Shown here one piece after another: positions 14,880 to 24,757 of a stretch of 32,000 nucleotides of DNA. The translations under genes and the position numbers were made by a program. The notes under the pieces were generated by a model. The model searched no databases and was not told the origin of the DNA. It was given only the letters and a program-made list of their open reading frames with translations. The stretch's first letter is position 1. Every line of letters starts with the position of its first letter. Origin of the DNA: Pyrobaculum neutrophilum V24Sta (GTDB lineage: Archaea > Thermoproteota > Thermoprotei > Thermoproteales > Thermoproteaceae); assembly GCF_000019805.1 (NCBI RefSeq), contig NC_010525.1:1258618-1290617 (forward strand), written 5' to 3'.

Positions 14880-16661
14880 GTGCTTAATAATAGGTGCTCT
14901 CCCACCCGCGTGAGCCGCGCGGAGGTGCTTGAGGAGATCGTGAAAAAGAGGTTGCTGTACTGGCCCTCGTCGGAGATATACGGCGGCGTGGGGGGGTTCT
15001 ACGACTACGGCCCCCTCGGCGTTCAGATAAGGCGCAACATAGTGGAGAAGTGGAGGAGGGTCTTCGTCCTGCCGTATCAAGAGACGATTGTGGAGGTGGA
15101 GACGCCGGTGGTGATGCCGGAGCCCGTCTTCAAGGCCTCCGGCCACCTAGACCACTTCACAGACTACATAGTGGCGTGTACAAAATGCGGTAGGAAATAC
15201 AGAGCTGATCACCTTGTGGAGGAGGAGCTGGCGAAGAAGGGGGTTAAGATATCGACGGAGGGTCTATCCGCGGCGGATCTACAGCGGCTGATTGGGGAGT
15301 ACAAGATAGTGTGTCCAGCTTGCGGAGGGCCGCTGGGGGGCGTGGAAACCTTCAACCTCCTCTTCAAGACCACCATAGGCCCCTACAGCGAAAGCGCCGG
15401 CTATCTCAGGCCCGAGACAGCCCAGGGGATCTTTGTCGCGTTTCCGCGCCTCGCCGAATACGTGGGCCGGAGGCACCCCTTCGGCGTTGCCCAGATAGGC
15501 AGAGTCGCGAGAAACGAGATATCGCCGAGAGGGGGCTTGATAAGGCTGAGGGAGTTCACCCAGATGGAGATCGAGCTGTTTTTCGACCCGCAGAACCCCA
15601 GCTGTCCATATCTGCCTGAGGTTGAAAACACCGAGGTCCCCATAGTGCCCGAGGAGTATGTAGCCAAGGGCAAGACCGACCCCCTCTACCTAACGGCGAA
15701 GCAGATCGTGGAGCGGGGGTACGCAAACGAGTGGATGGCCTTCTTCATGGCCTTGGCCACGAGGTTCCTGAGGGAGCTGGGGGTCCCCGTCGAGAGGCAG
15801 AAGTTCCTCGGCAAGCTACCCCACGAGAGAGCCCACTACTCCGCCAAGTCGTACGACCAGATGGTGCTCACGGAGAGGTTCGGCTGGGTGGAGGTGTCCG
15901 GCCACGCATACAGGACAGACTACGATCTGTCTGGACACAGCAGATACAGCGGGCGGGAGATGTACCTCGAGAGGCGTCTGCCTGTCCCGAAGGAGGTGGA
16001 GGTGGCCAGACTATACCCCAACCCAGCCGCGATAAGGGAGAGATATGGGGATAAGATAGGCGAGGTGATCAAGGCGATAAAGGAGCACGAAGGCGCGCTT
16101 CTGGAGGCCTTCAAGGCGGGCAAGGAGGAGGCCGTAGCGGGGCCCTTCGTGGTGACGCGCGACATGGTGTACATAAAGACGGAAAGGAGGAAGACAGACC
16201 TGGAGAAGTTCATCCCACACGTCGTAGAGCCGTCCTTCGGCCTTGACAGGATCTTCTACGTCGTATTGGAACACGCGGTTACGGAGGAGGACGGGAGGAG
16301 ATACCTAAGGCTACCGCCCGACGTCGCGCCGGTGGCGGCGTGTATCCTGCCGATTGTGAAAAAGAGCGAATACGTGGAAATCGGCAAGAGGCTCGCCCGT
16401 AGATTAGCTCAGGAGGGCTTCTACGTGCTCTACGAAGACGACGGCACAATAGGTAGCAGATATGCCCTATGCGACGAGATAGGCACGCCTCTCGCGGTAA
16501 CCATAGACGAGAAGACGCCCGCCGAGGGCACGGTCACCGTGAGAGACCGGGACACCAGGAGACAGGTGAGGGTTAAGACGGAGCAGGTGCAGGCCTTCGT
16601 AGCGTTGGTGACGAGGGGAACCCCGTTTCAGGAGGCGGCTGAGGCGTTGGAAGCTCGATAA
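14880..16661 (+). CDS. glyS: Glycine--tRNA ligase (archaeal/eukaryotic alpha2 type)
   Basis: YGGVGGFYDYGPLG, RPETAQGIF, LREFTQMEIE and a class II core plus anticodon-binding domain. The GTG start follows the TTATATAA box at 14852-14859. GTG 14910 is an alternative start. Confidence 0.9.
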   Translation: MLNNRCSPTRVSRAEVLEEIVKKRLLYWPSSEIYGGVGGFYDYGPLGVQIRRNIVEKWRRVFVLPYQETIVEVETPVVMPEPVFKASGHLDHFTDYIVACTKCGRKYRADHLVEEELAKKGVKISTEGLSAADLQRLIGEYKIVCPACGGPLGGVETFNLLFKTTIGPYSESAGYLRPETAQGIFVAFPRLAEYVGRRHPFGVAQIGRVARNEISPRGGLIRLREFTQMEIELFFDPQNPSCPYLPEVENTEVPIVPEEYVAKGKTDPLYLTAKQIVERGYANEWMAFFMALATRFLRELGVPVERQKFLGKLPHERAHYSAKSYDQMVLTERFGWVEVSGHAYRTDYDLSGHSRYSGREMYLERRLPVPKEVEVARLYPNPAAIRERYGDKIGEVIKAIKEHEGALLEAFKAGKEEAVAGPFVVTRDMVYIKTERRKTDLEKFIPHVVEPSFGLDRIFYVVLEHAVTEEDGRRYLRLPPDVAPVAACILPIVKKSEYVEIGKRLARRLAQEGFYVLYEDDGTIGSRYALCDEIGTPLAVTIDEKTPAEGTVTVRDRDTRRQVRVKTEQVQAFVALVTRGTPFQEAAEALEAR

Positions 16662-16689
16662 GTTTTAAAGTCGGTGCTACCCTATTCCT

Positions 16690-17040
16690 ATGGCAGAAAA
16701 TAGAGATGTGGAAAGGGGGAGGAAGCTCCTCATACCGCCATTTCTATCGCCGCAGCAGGAGAAGAAGGAGCAGAGGAAGGGGGAGCGCAGAGTCAAGGTG
16801 AAGGCCGCCGAGGGCGTTGAGGAGGGGGTGGCCAAGATACCCACCGAGATATACGAGGCGTTGGATAAGCCCGAGGAGGTGGAGGTGGTGGCCCCAGGTG
16901 GCTCCTCCCACGAGAAGAGGCGGGTCTTCAAGGCGGTACACGACGGTAAAGTGCCGGGGGGCGAGATACACATCTCCGCCGAGGATCTCAAGGCGTTAGG
17001 CGTAGCCGACGGCACCGTTGTAACTGTGAGAAAGAGATGA
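16690..17040 (+). CDS. Hypothetical protein with a charged N-terminus and a beta-rich C-terminus, coupled to endA
   Basis: 116-aa ORF preceded by a TATA-like GTTTTAAAG box. Its stop overlaps the endA start (ATGA). Confidence 0.6.
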
Positions 17041-17588
17041 GCGGAGTTTTAAGAGGGCTCGCCGTAGTTGTCCAAGACGTAGAACTCGCCAGGGCGTTAT
17101 ACAGGGAGGGCTTCTACGGCAGATTCCTCGGCTACGACAAAGTTAAGCGAGACGAGGTGGACAAGGTATCTGCCCCGCTAATCCTAGCCCTATACGAGGC
17201 GCTCTACCTAGCCGAGAGGGGGAGGATCAAGGTTGTGGCTGAAGACGGAGCCGAGATCCCTCCGGAGAAGCTCGCGGAGCTTGGGAGAGGGATGATCAGA
17301 AACTTCGACGACGTATACAAGATATACAAGTACTTCCGGGACCTCGGCTACGTCGTAAAAAGCGGGCTTAAATTCGGCGCGTTGTTCTCGGTCTACGAAA
17401 AGGGCCCCGGCATAGACCACGCGCCGATGGTGGTGGTTTTTCTAGAGCCAGACAGGGGGATCTCGGCCACGGATATAACGCGTGGCGGCAGACTGGGCCA
17501 CAGCGTGAAAAAGACCTTTACCCTGGCGACTGTGCTCCGACAGACCGGAGAGGTGGTACTCCTCGGCTTTTCCTGGGCTAAGCTTTAA
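17037..17588 (+). CDS. endA: tRNA-splicing endonuclease, catalytic subunit
   Basis: [25 protein letters not shown]...DHAP...[11 protein letters not shown] matches the EndA C-terminal catalytic domain, including the Tyr/His/Lys triad positions. Confidence 0.85.
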
Positions 17589-17610
17589 AAGTGGAACTCG
17601 AAGCCGTTTC

Positions 17611-18231
17611 ATGGCAACGGCAAGCAGGGCATCCCTGGAACAGGAAATATACCTAAGATCCCTGACGGGGTACCTAGTGGGGCAGAACCTGTTGGAGGGC
17701 TACAAGCGGGTCGCCGTGATAACGTACCCAGACAGGATCTGTAGCGCTATGGCTGCCGCGCTCGCCACGTCGTATATCGCGAAGGGCAACTACAGAGACG
17801 AGGCGGCGGCGGTTTTCACATATGAGGACGGGAAGGAGGCCGAGGTGGCGAAGAAGGTCGTGGACTACAAGCCCGACATCGTATATCTATCCTTCGGAGG
17901 CGAGCAGAAACTCAGCTACGTCGCTGAGATCACCAAGAAGATCCTATCCGCCCTCTCACAAGCCGGCTACAAGGGCGCCCTCGGCATCCACGTAAGGGTC
18001 TGGCTCGCCACTAAGCAGCTGTCCGCGGTGTTGGCGGACAAGAAGCTTGCGGACTATCTCGCCTCGCTGAAGGAGGTGCGCCTCTTCACCGCCGATGTTC
18101 CAAACCGCAAGTTCCTCTTCCACAAGGTCAAGATCGAGGGCGGAGCCGCCAAGCCGGAGAAGTACAAAGAGGTGGAGATCACGGCGGAGCACGCAAAACT
18201 CCTATCGATAAGCCTACCGCCTCCCGAATAA
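17611..18231 (+). CDS. Hypothetical protein
   Basis: 206-aa ORF with clean coding appearance and no motif I recognise. Confidence 0.55.
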   Translation: MATASRASLEQEIYLRSLTGYLVGQNLLEGYKRVAVITYPDRICSAMAAALATSYIAKGNYRDEAAAVFTYEDGKEAEVAKKVVDYKPDIVYLSFGGEQKLSYVAEITKKILSALSQAGYKGALGIHVRVWLATKQLSAVLADKKLADYLASLKEVRLFTADVPNRKFLFHKVKIEGGAAKPEKYKEVEITAEHAKLLSISLPPPE

Positions 18232-18618
18232 TCAATCTATTTTTAGCTCGGCTACCCCGTACTCCCCCGCTTTTGCCACAACTATCTGTAGCACCCCGTC
18301 TCTATAGATTGCCCTGGCGCTGTCTACCCTCAGCCTGTAGGGCACCTCGACCTTCCTAGACACGGGGAAGTTGCTTATCCTCTCCCTCCTCAGCGGTTTC
18401 CCCCCTCCCTCAGGCTGCACCGGCGCGGCCGTCACCTCCACAGCTCGGTCGTACACCCTGACCTTGATGTTTTCCTTCCTCATCCCCGGCATATCTATGT
18501 AGATGACTATGTTGTCGCCGACGTCGTATATGTCTACGTCGGGCTGTCTTTCAACCTTCCCGGCGTTGTTGTCGTACAGCTCCTTAAGCCCCTCCTCAAT
18601 CTTCCTTATGGGCTCCAT
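18232..18618 (-). CDS. hsp20: Small heat shock protein (Hsp20/alpha-crystallin)
   Basis: Alpha-crystallin domain: DIYDVGDNIVIYIDMPGMRKENIKVRV...YRDGVLQIVVAK. A TTTTTTAAAC box lies upstream. Confidence 0.85.
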   Translation of the reverse strand: MEPIRKIEEGLKELYDNNAGKVERQPDVDIYDVGDNIVIYIDMPGMRKENIKVRVYDRAVEVTAAPVQPEGGGKPLRRERISNFPVSRKVEVPYRLRVDSARAIYRDGVLQIVVAKAGEYGVAELKID

Positions 18619-18665
18619 GTCCTAAAACCCGCCTGTTTAAAAAACGGCGCGGCGTAATACCTGTG

Positions 18666-18890
18666 TTATTTCTTGGGCTCTACGACGCCTATCACCTCGC
18701 CGTACATGTTAATTGGGAAGGACCTCCCGCACTTGGGGCAGTTGATGCTGAAGCCGATGTTGTACCAACTCTCTCCTATCTCCACCTCGAACTTATGTTT
18801 GCAGTAGGGACATGTGGCTCTGACCTTGAGGGTTTTCTCGAGCTCTCCCCCTGAATATTCCCAATCCTCTGGGAACTCCTGGGCAACCAT
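18666..18890 (-). CDS. Small zinc-ribbon protein
   Basis: 74 aa with CPYC...CPKC cysteine pairs. Confidence 0.6.
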   Translation of the reverse strand: MVAQEFPEDWEYSGGELEKTLKVRATCPYCKHKFEVEIGESWYNIGFSINCPKCGRSFPINMYGEVIGVVEPKK

Positions 18891-18902
18891 GGCCCGGCGA
18901 CC

Positions 18903-18922
18903 AAATATTCATATAAATATTT
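18903..18922. promoter_or_regulatory. Back-to-back TATA boxes in a 44-nt divergent spacer
   Basis: AAATATT (18903-09), CATATA, AATATTT (18916-22), a perfect 7-nt inverted repeat. Each arm lies 26-32 nt from the start codon on its far side (18935 on plus, 18890 on minus). Confidence 0.55.
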
Positions 18923-18934
18923 TGCCCATCTGCC

Positions 18935-19651
18935 ATGGACTGTCTCGAGGCGGTTCAGAGGAGGAGATCCATAAGGAAGTTCAAGAGGGTTGCGATGCCT
19001 GAGGATGACGTCAAGAGGATCATGGAGGCGGGCCGTCTGGCGCCAACAGACGCCACCCTGCACCTATGGACGGCGGTTAGGGTTGCCGACTCGGCCGTGC
19101 GGTCTGAGGTGGCGAAGCTCATAGGGCAGAGCCACGTGGAGGAGGCCTCAGAGTTCTTTGTATTTCTCGCGGACTTGTACAGGCTTAGGGAGCTTCTGAG
19201 ATATCGGGATGTCCAGATGGCGGAGCGTAAGCTTGCGCTTTTTATCTTCGCGGCCGTAGACGCCGCCATCGCGGCCGAAAACATGGCTTTGGCGGCGACT
19301 GCCCTTGGGTACGGCACGTGTTTCATAGGGGCTGTCCAAAACGCGCCTCGCGAAATCGCTAGGATGCTTGAGCTACCCGACCTCACATATCCCCTCTTCG
19401 GCTTGGCCATAGGCGTACCCGATGAGGACCCGGAGCCGCGGCCCCGGCTTCCCCTGGAGCTGTTGTTCCACAGGGATAGATACAGGAGGTATGGGGAGGC
19501 GGATCTAGAGGATGCGTATAAGGCCATGGCTAGGGTCACTAGGTCGGGCGACTGGCTTAAGGTGCTGTCTAAATATGGAGGCGTGGGTGGCTACTTCGAC
19601 CTCCGCTCCGCCGAGCTGGAGAGACTCCTTAGGGAGTTCGGCATCCTCTAA
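18935..19651 (+). CDS. Nitroreductase-family flavoprotein
   Basis: The N-terminus RRRSIRKFKRVAMPEDDVKRIMEAGRLAPT is typical of the nitroreductase fold. Confidence 0.8.
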   Translation: MDCLEAVQRRRSIRKFKRVAMPEDDVKRIMEAGRLAPTDATLHLWTAVRVADSAVRSEVAKLIGQSHVEEASEFFVFLADLYRLRELLRYRDVQMAERKLALFIFAAVDAAIAAENMALAATALGYGTCFIGAVQNAPREIARMLELPDLTYPLFGLAIGVPDEDPEPRPRLPLELLFHRDRYRRYGEADLEDAYKAMARVTRSGDWLKVLSKYGGVGGYFDLRSAELERLLREFGIL

Positions 19652-19681
19652 AGTATATATACTCGTGGCGGGCTGGTCGGC

Positions 19682-20023
19682 ATGGCCACCATAAGAGGCG
19701 TGGTTGTCTCTAAGCAGCTGGTGTACGACCCCACGGGGGCTAAGTACATAAAGATAGACGTGGTGGAAGAGAGGGAGTTGCCTGGTCCAGTTGCGGCTTT
19801 TTCGGCGCAGGATGAACAGACGGCGCAGCTGATGAGGGAGGTAATGCCGCTTGTGACCCAGATCGTCCGCTCGCTTCCGTTCGGCGGAGGTAAAATCGCG
19901 GTTCCCAGGCTCACCCTCTGGCTTACGGACGAGGAGGTGGAGGTGTTCGGCGATATCGACGTCGGCGATGTGGTTTTGATCAGCGTGGAAAAGGGCGAGA
20001 TCAGGGTGAGGCCGGAAGGTTAA
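19682..20023 (+). CDS. rkd-1: Arcadin-1-position protein (first gene of the crenactin cluster)
   Basis: 113-aa ORF 25 nt downstream of AAGTATATATAC (19651-62) and 23 nt upstream of crenactin with no intervening promoter. The assignment is by position in the published arcade cluster order. Confidence 0.65.
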   Translation: MATIRGVVVSKQLVYDPTGAKYIKIDVVEERELPGPVAAFSAQDEQTAQLMREVMPLVTQIVRSLPFGGGKIAVPRLTLWLTDEEVEVFGDIDVGDVVLISVEKGEIRVRPEG

Positions 20024-20028
20024 AATAG

Positions 20029-21336
<1,308 letters not shown>

Positions 21337-21338
21337 AC

Positions 21339-21935
21339 GTGGATCTCCCCAAGTTGCTGCTGGTGAAATTCTTCTCCGAGACCCTGGGCATGAGGTACGC
21401 CGGTGAGAGCGGTTGGGTCCTCCTCTTCGACGAGGGTTTAAACAGAGTGGCGGTGGGGGTCTACCTGGCGGAGGTCTACGAGGAGGCCGAGATGTATAAA
21501 CGCGTGGGCGAGCTGTTGGGCCTTGGCGCGTCGAAGATCTTTCTCGCGGTTCTGCCGGAGGCTATGCCGTTTGTGGATCCGAGGTACTTCAAGAGCCAGG
21601 GGTTGGGCCTGGTGGTTGTGGACCCCTCGAAGGGCCCCGAGGGCGTCGAGATAAAGATCTTCGCAAAGCCGCGGCCTACCCCCCAGGCGGATCTAGGTAG
21701 AGCAGACGCGGTGCGGACCGCCCTCATGGAGTACGTCAACTCGCAACTGAAGAAGCTTGAGGAGACGCTGTATGAGAAGTTGAAGAGGTACGTTGACCAG
21801 AGGCTTGAGGAGATCAAGCGGCGTGAGACAACGCCGGAGAGCCCCCGCGCGGAGCCCCAGCCGGCGGCGCCGAGCTCGGTTGCGGAAAACGAGTGGGTTC
21901 GGATACTTAGGTCTAGGGGGAGAGGGGGGAGTTAG
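21339..21935 (+). CDS. rkd-2: Arcadin-2-position protein (start uncertain: 21318, 21339 or 21390)
   Basis: The ORF begins 2 nt after the crenactin stop. It has a central coiled-coil-like segment (LKKLEETLYEKLKRYVDQRLEEIKRRE), a Pro-rich linker and a basic C-terminal tail (ENEWVRILRSRGRGGS). Confidence 0.7.
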   Translation: MDLPKLLLVKFFSETLGMRYAGESGWVLLFDEGLNRVAVGVYLAEVYEEAEMYKRVGELLGLGASKIFLAVLPEAMPFVDPRYFKSQGLGLVVVDPSKGPEGVEIKIFAKPRPTPQADLGRADAVRTALMEYVNSQLKKLEETLYEKLKRYVDQRLEEIKRRETTPESPRAEPQPAAPSSVAENEWVRILRSRGRGGS

Positions 21936-21943
21936 TATATAAA
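21936..21943 (+). promoter_or_regulatory. Internal TATA box of the crenactin cluster
   Basis: TATATAAA is centred about 24 nt upstream of GTG 21964. Confidence 0.5.
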
Positions 21944-21963
21944 GGCCGGCCGCCATTTCCGAC

Positions 21964-22134
21964 GTGGATATACTCCTGGAGGAGATAAGGAGGACCTTTG
22001 GAGCCACCGACGAGGGGAAGCTAGCCGAGGCGTTGGTCGTAGCCTATAGACAAGGCGGCGCTAAGGCGGCTAAGGCGGTGCTCCACGAGTACCTGAGGAG
22101 GCTGGGGGTCGATGTGGAGGATAGAGAGGATTGA
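21964..22134 (+). CDS. rkd-3: Arcadin-3-position small protein, 56 aa, absent from the ORF track
   Basis: My translation from GTG 21964 is VDILLEEIRRTFGATDEGKLAEALVVAYRQGGAKAAKAVLHEYLRRLGVDVEDRED, ending at TGA 22132-34. An in-frame TAA at 21940-42 bounds the frame upstream. It overlaps the next gene by 23 nt. Confidence 0.6.
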   Translation: MDILLEEIRRTFGATDEGKLAEALVVAYRQGGAKAAKAVLHEYLRRLGVDVEDRED

Positions 22135-24499
22135 GTTGGAGAACTTCAGATCCTACAAAGGCAGACATGAGCTACGCATAGGCGACGCCGCGGTCTTCTG
22201 GGGCAGAATAGGCGCTGGCAAGACATCGATACTGTACGCAATAGAGTACGCTTTGTTTGGTAGACAGCTTGAGGTGAAGGAAAGAGTTGCGAGGCTTGTC
22301 GATCTAATCAACGCAGATGCGCAAGAGGCTAGGGTGGCGCTGGAGTTGCGGAAAGGCGGCGAGTTGCTGCGCGTTGAGCGAAGGCTGGGGAGGAGAGGCG
22401 GCGAGAGGGTTGTCCTGCACTACGGCGGCGTAGAACACCGGGGGGATCAAGCCGAGGAGAAGCTGGCGGAGCTCCTGGGGGCTGACGAAGACGTCTACGA
22501 GCGCCTAGTCTACATATCGCATAGGACGCTTGAGGGCTTCATATACGGCACAACGCAGAAGAGGGCTCTCTCGGTGGACCGTCTCTTCGGTATAGACGTC
22601 GTAGACGGCGTGATCAAGGCCGTGTCTACATATGAGAAAGCCCTGCTCAACGTTGCGGAGGATCTCAGGAAGAGGCTTGCGTCGTATGAGAAATACAGGG
22701 AGGTCATCAAGCGGTATGGGGGCTACAGAGGCGTAGAGGCTAGGCTGGGGGCTGTTGAGCAAGAGCTTGAGGCGTTGAAGAAGAGGGAGGAGGCGCTTTC
22801 GGCCGAGGCCGCTGACCTCGCGAAGAGGAGGACCGCCTACCTGGAGAAGATCAGAGAAAACGAGGGCCTTCTCCTGGAGTACTACAGAGCGAAGTCGGAG
22901 CTTGAGGTCTTGGAGTCAGATGCCGGCGGAGATGTCGACGTATCTGCGGTGGAGAAGATAAGGGAGGCGCTTCGGGAGGCACTAGAGGAATACGAACATC
23001 TGTTGGGCCGCGAGCTTGCCGAGAGGCTGGAAAAGGCGGCAGATTTAGAATCTCTATCCACGGCCATGTCCGAGGCCTACGAGGCGCTCCTCAAGCTGGC
23101 GGGCGAGTTGGAGGCGCAGATCTCGGAGACTAAGAAGACGTATGAACAATTGCTGGCTAGGGCGAAGCGGCTTGACGAAGAGGTGCGGGACGCCGAGGCT
23201 AAGCTCAAGAGGTTGGAGAAGTCGTACAACCGCTTTAAGGAGCTTCAGCGGTCTTTCCAGTCTCTAGACGCCGCAAGAGCGGCCCTCGCTGAGGTGAGGA
23301 AGCGGCTTGACGAAGTGGAGAGATCCGTGGCGTTTCACTCGGCGTTGAGAACAGTGGCTTTGTACACGGCGGAGACTGGGGCTGAGCGGTGTCCGCTGTG
23401 TGGCTCGCCGATAGATCGCAGAGCCGCGCTACGGGTTGCTGATGAGGTAGAGGGGAAATTCGGCGAGCTTATCCGGGAGGCGGAGGCCCTCAGGGAAAAG
23501 GTAAGAGAGCTTGAGAAGGCCGTAGATGAGATGGACGCGTTAAGCGGCGAAGTCGCGGAGTACCTAGCCACGAAGGCAAAAGCGCAGGAGCTCGCGCTTG
23601 AGAGGGAGGAGGTGGTCAAGAGGGTTCTCCAGGCGGAGAAGTCTGTGAAACAGCTGGAGAAGAAGGCAGAGAGGCTCCGGGCCCTCCTCGCGAGGATAGA
23701 TAAGCGCATTATAGCAGAGGCCGTGGCTAAATACGGAAGAGCGCTGAGGGCTAGGGAGCTCCGCCGTAGAGTTAAAGAGCTGGAGGAGGCGTTGGCAAAG
23801 GCGGGGGTGGGGGGCGAAACTCTCGACGTGGAAATGCGGTGGAGAGAGGTTGTGGCCGACTTAGAAAAAACGTCGAGCCGCATGGCGGAGCTTCACAGGG
23901 AGAAGACGAGCCTGGAGGAGGTGGTGAGGGAGGTAGGCGGCGACGCCGAATCGCTGAAGAAGAAGCTGGACTCCGCCCTATACGCCTACGGCAGACTCCA
24001 GGAGCTGAAGGCCAAGCTGGAGCTGGCTAAGGTAAACGCCAGGGCTAGGTTGCTGGAGGTGGCAAGATCGAAGTTCAACGAGGTTTTTCTCTCGCTCTAC
24101 AAATACGGAGATTTAGTCGGCGTCAACGCCGACTTAGAACAGCGCAGGGGGTACTACGAGTTCTACGCGGTGACGCCCACGGGGGAGCGATACGGCATTT
24201 CAAAACTGAGCGACGGGCAGAGGCTCTCCATCGCCCTCGCCCTAGCCCTGGCCCTCCGTGATGTCTCGAACATCCACATAGGCTTTGTGATCTTCGACGA
24301 GCCGATACCATACGTAGACGTCAACATAAGGAAGGCCTTCGTAGATCTGGTACACGCTCTATCAAACAAGTACCAGATAATCGTCGCGACGCAATCCAGG
24401 GAGTTCGCAGATCTAATAAAAAACGCGCTAAACGCCAAGCTCTACTCGGTGGCGAAGAGGGAGAGCTCCGAGGTGAGGGAAGAGAGAGATCAGAGCTAA
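22112..24499 (+). CDS. rkd-4: Arcadin-4-position protein: Rad50/SMC-like coiled-coil ATPase with a zinc hook
   Basis: Walker A GRIGAGKTS (aa 31-39), a very long heptad-rich middle, CPLC at aa 427-430 (nt 23390-23401), signature-like LSDGQRLS, and Walker B FVIFDEP. Confidence 0.85.
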   Translation: MWRIERIELENFRSYKGRHELRIGDAAVFWGRIGAGKTSILYAIEYALFGRQLEVKERVARLVDLINADAQEARVALELRKGGELLRVERRLGRRGGERVVLHYGGVEHRGDQAEEKLAELLGADEDVYERLVYISHRTLEGFIYGTTQKRALSVDRLFGIDVVDGVIKAVSTYEKALLNVAEDLRKRLASYEKYREVIKRYGGYRGVEARLGAVEQELEALKKREEALSAEAADLAKRRTAYLEKIRENEGLLLEYYRAKSELEVLESDAGGDVDVSAVEKIREALREALEEYEHLLGRELAERLEKAADLESLSTAMSEAYEALLKLAGELEAQISETKKTYEQLLARAKRLDEEVRDAEAKLKRLEKSYNRFKELQRSFQSLDAARAALAEVRKRLDEVERSVAFHSALRTVALYTAETGAERCPLCGSPIDRRAALRVADEVEGKFGELIREAEALREKVRELEKAVDEMDALSGEVAEYLATKAKAQELALEREEVVKRVLQAEKSVKQLEKKAERLRALLARIDKRIIAEAVAKYGRALRARELRRRVKELEEALAKAGVGGETLDVEMRWREVVADLEKTSSRMAELHREKTSLEEVVREVGGDAESLKKKLDSALYAYGRLQELKAKLELAKVNARARLLEVARSKFNEVFLSLYKYGDLVGVNADLEQRRGYYEFYAVTPTGERYGISKLSDGQRLSIALALALALRDVSNIHIGFVIFDEPIPYVDVNIRKAFVDLVHALSNKYQIIVATQSREFADLIKNALNAKLYSVAKRESSEVREERDQS

Positions 24500-24757
24500 C
24501 GGCTAGCGGCCCCGCACGAGAGATATCTCGGCGGCCGTCCCCCTGCCAAGGCCATCTGCGAGTTGCTAGCGTGCAGAGCACTCAACCCTTCTTCGCGGCT
24601 CTTCCATAGAAAATTAGACCACGGGGCATCTCCGCCCTAAAGGGCGATGTGTGTTGTCGCTGTCAGTGCTCCAGACCTCACTCACATGTCGTAGGCCCCA
24701 CTGTGGACCTCATCACGGAGCTGTGTAGCTGGTTGCTTATATGTCTGTCGGCTGAGG

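Noticed and set aside
24663-24716. Possible minus-strand C/D box sRNA in the 258-nt convergent spacer (C box GTGATGA, D box CTGA, 43 nt apart)
   Set aside because: There is no convincing D' box (GGCC at the expected position), the C' box is degenerate (GTGAGTG), the spacing is asymmetric and there is no upstream TATA box. It is much weaker than the 13074-13121 candidate. It is only worth checking if small-RNA data exist.
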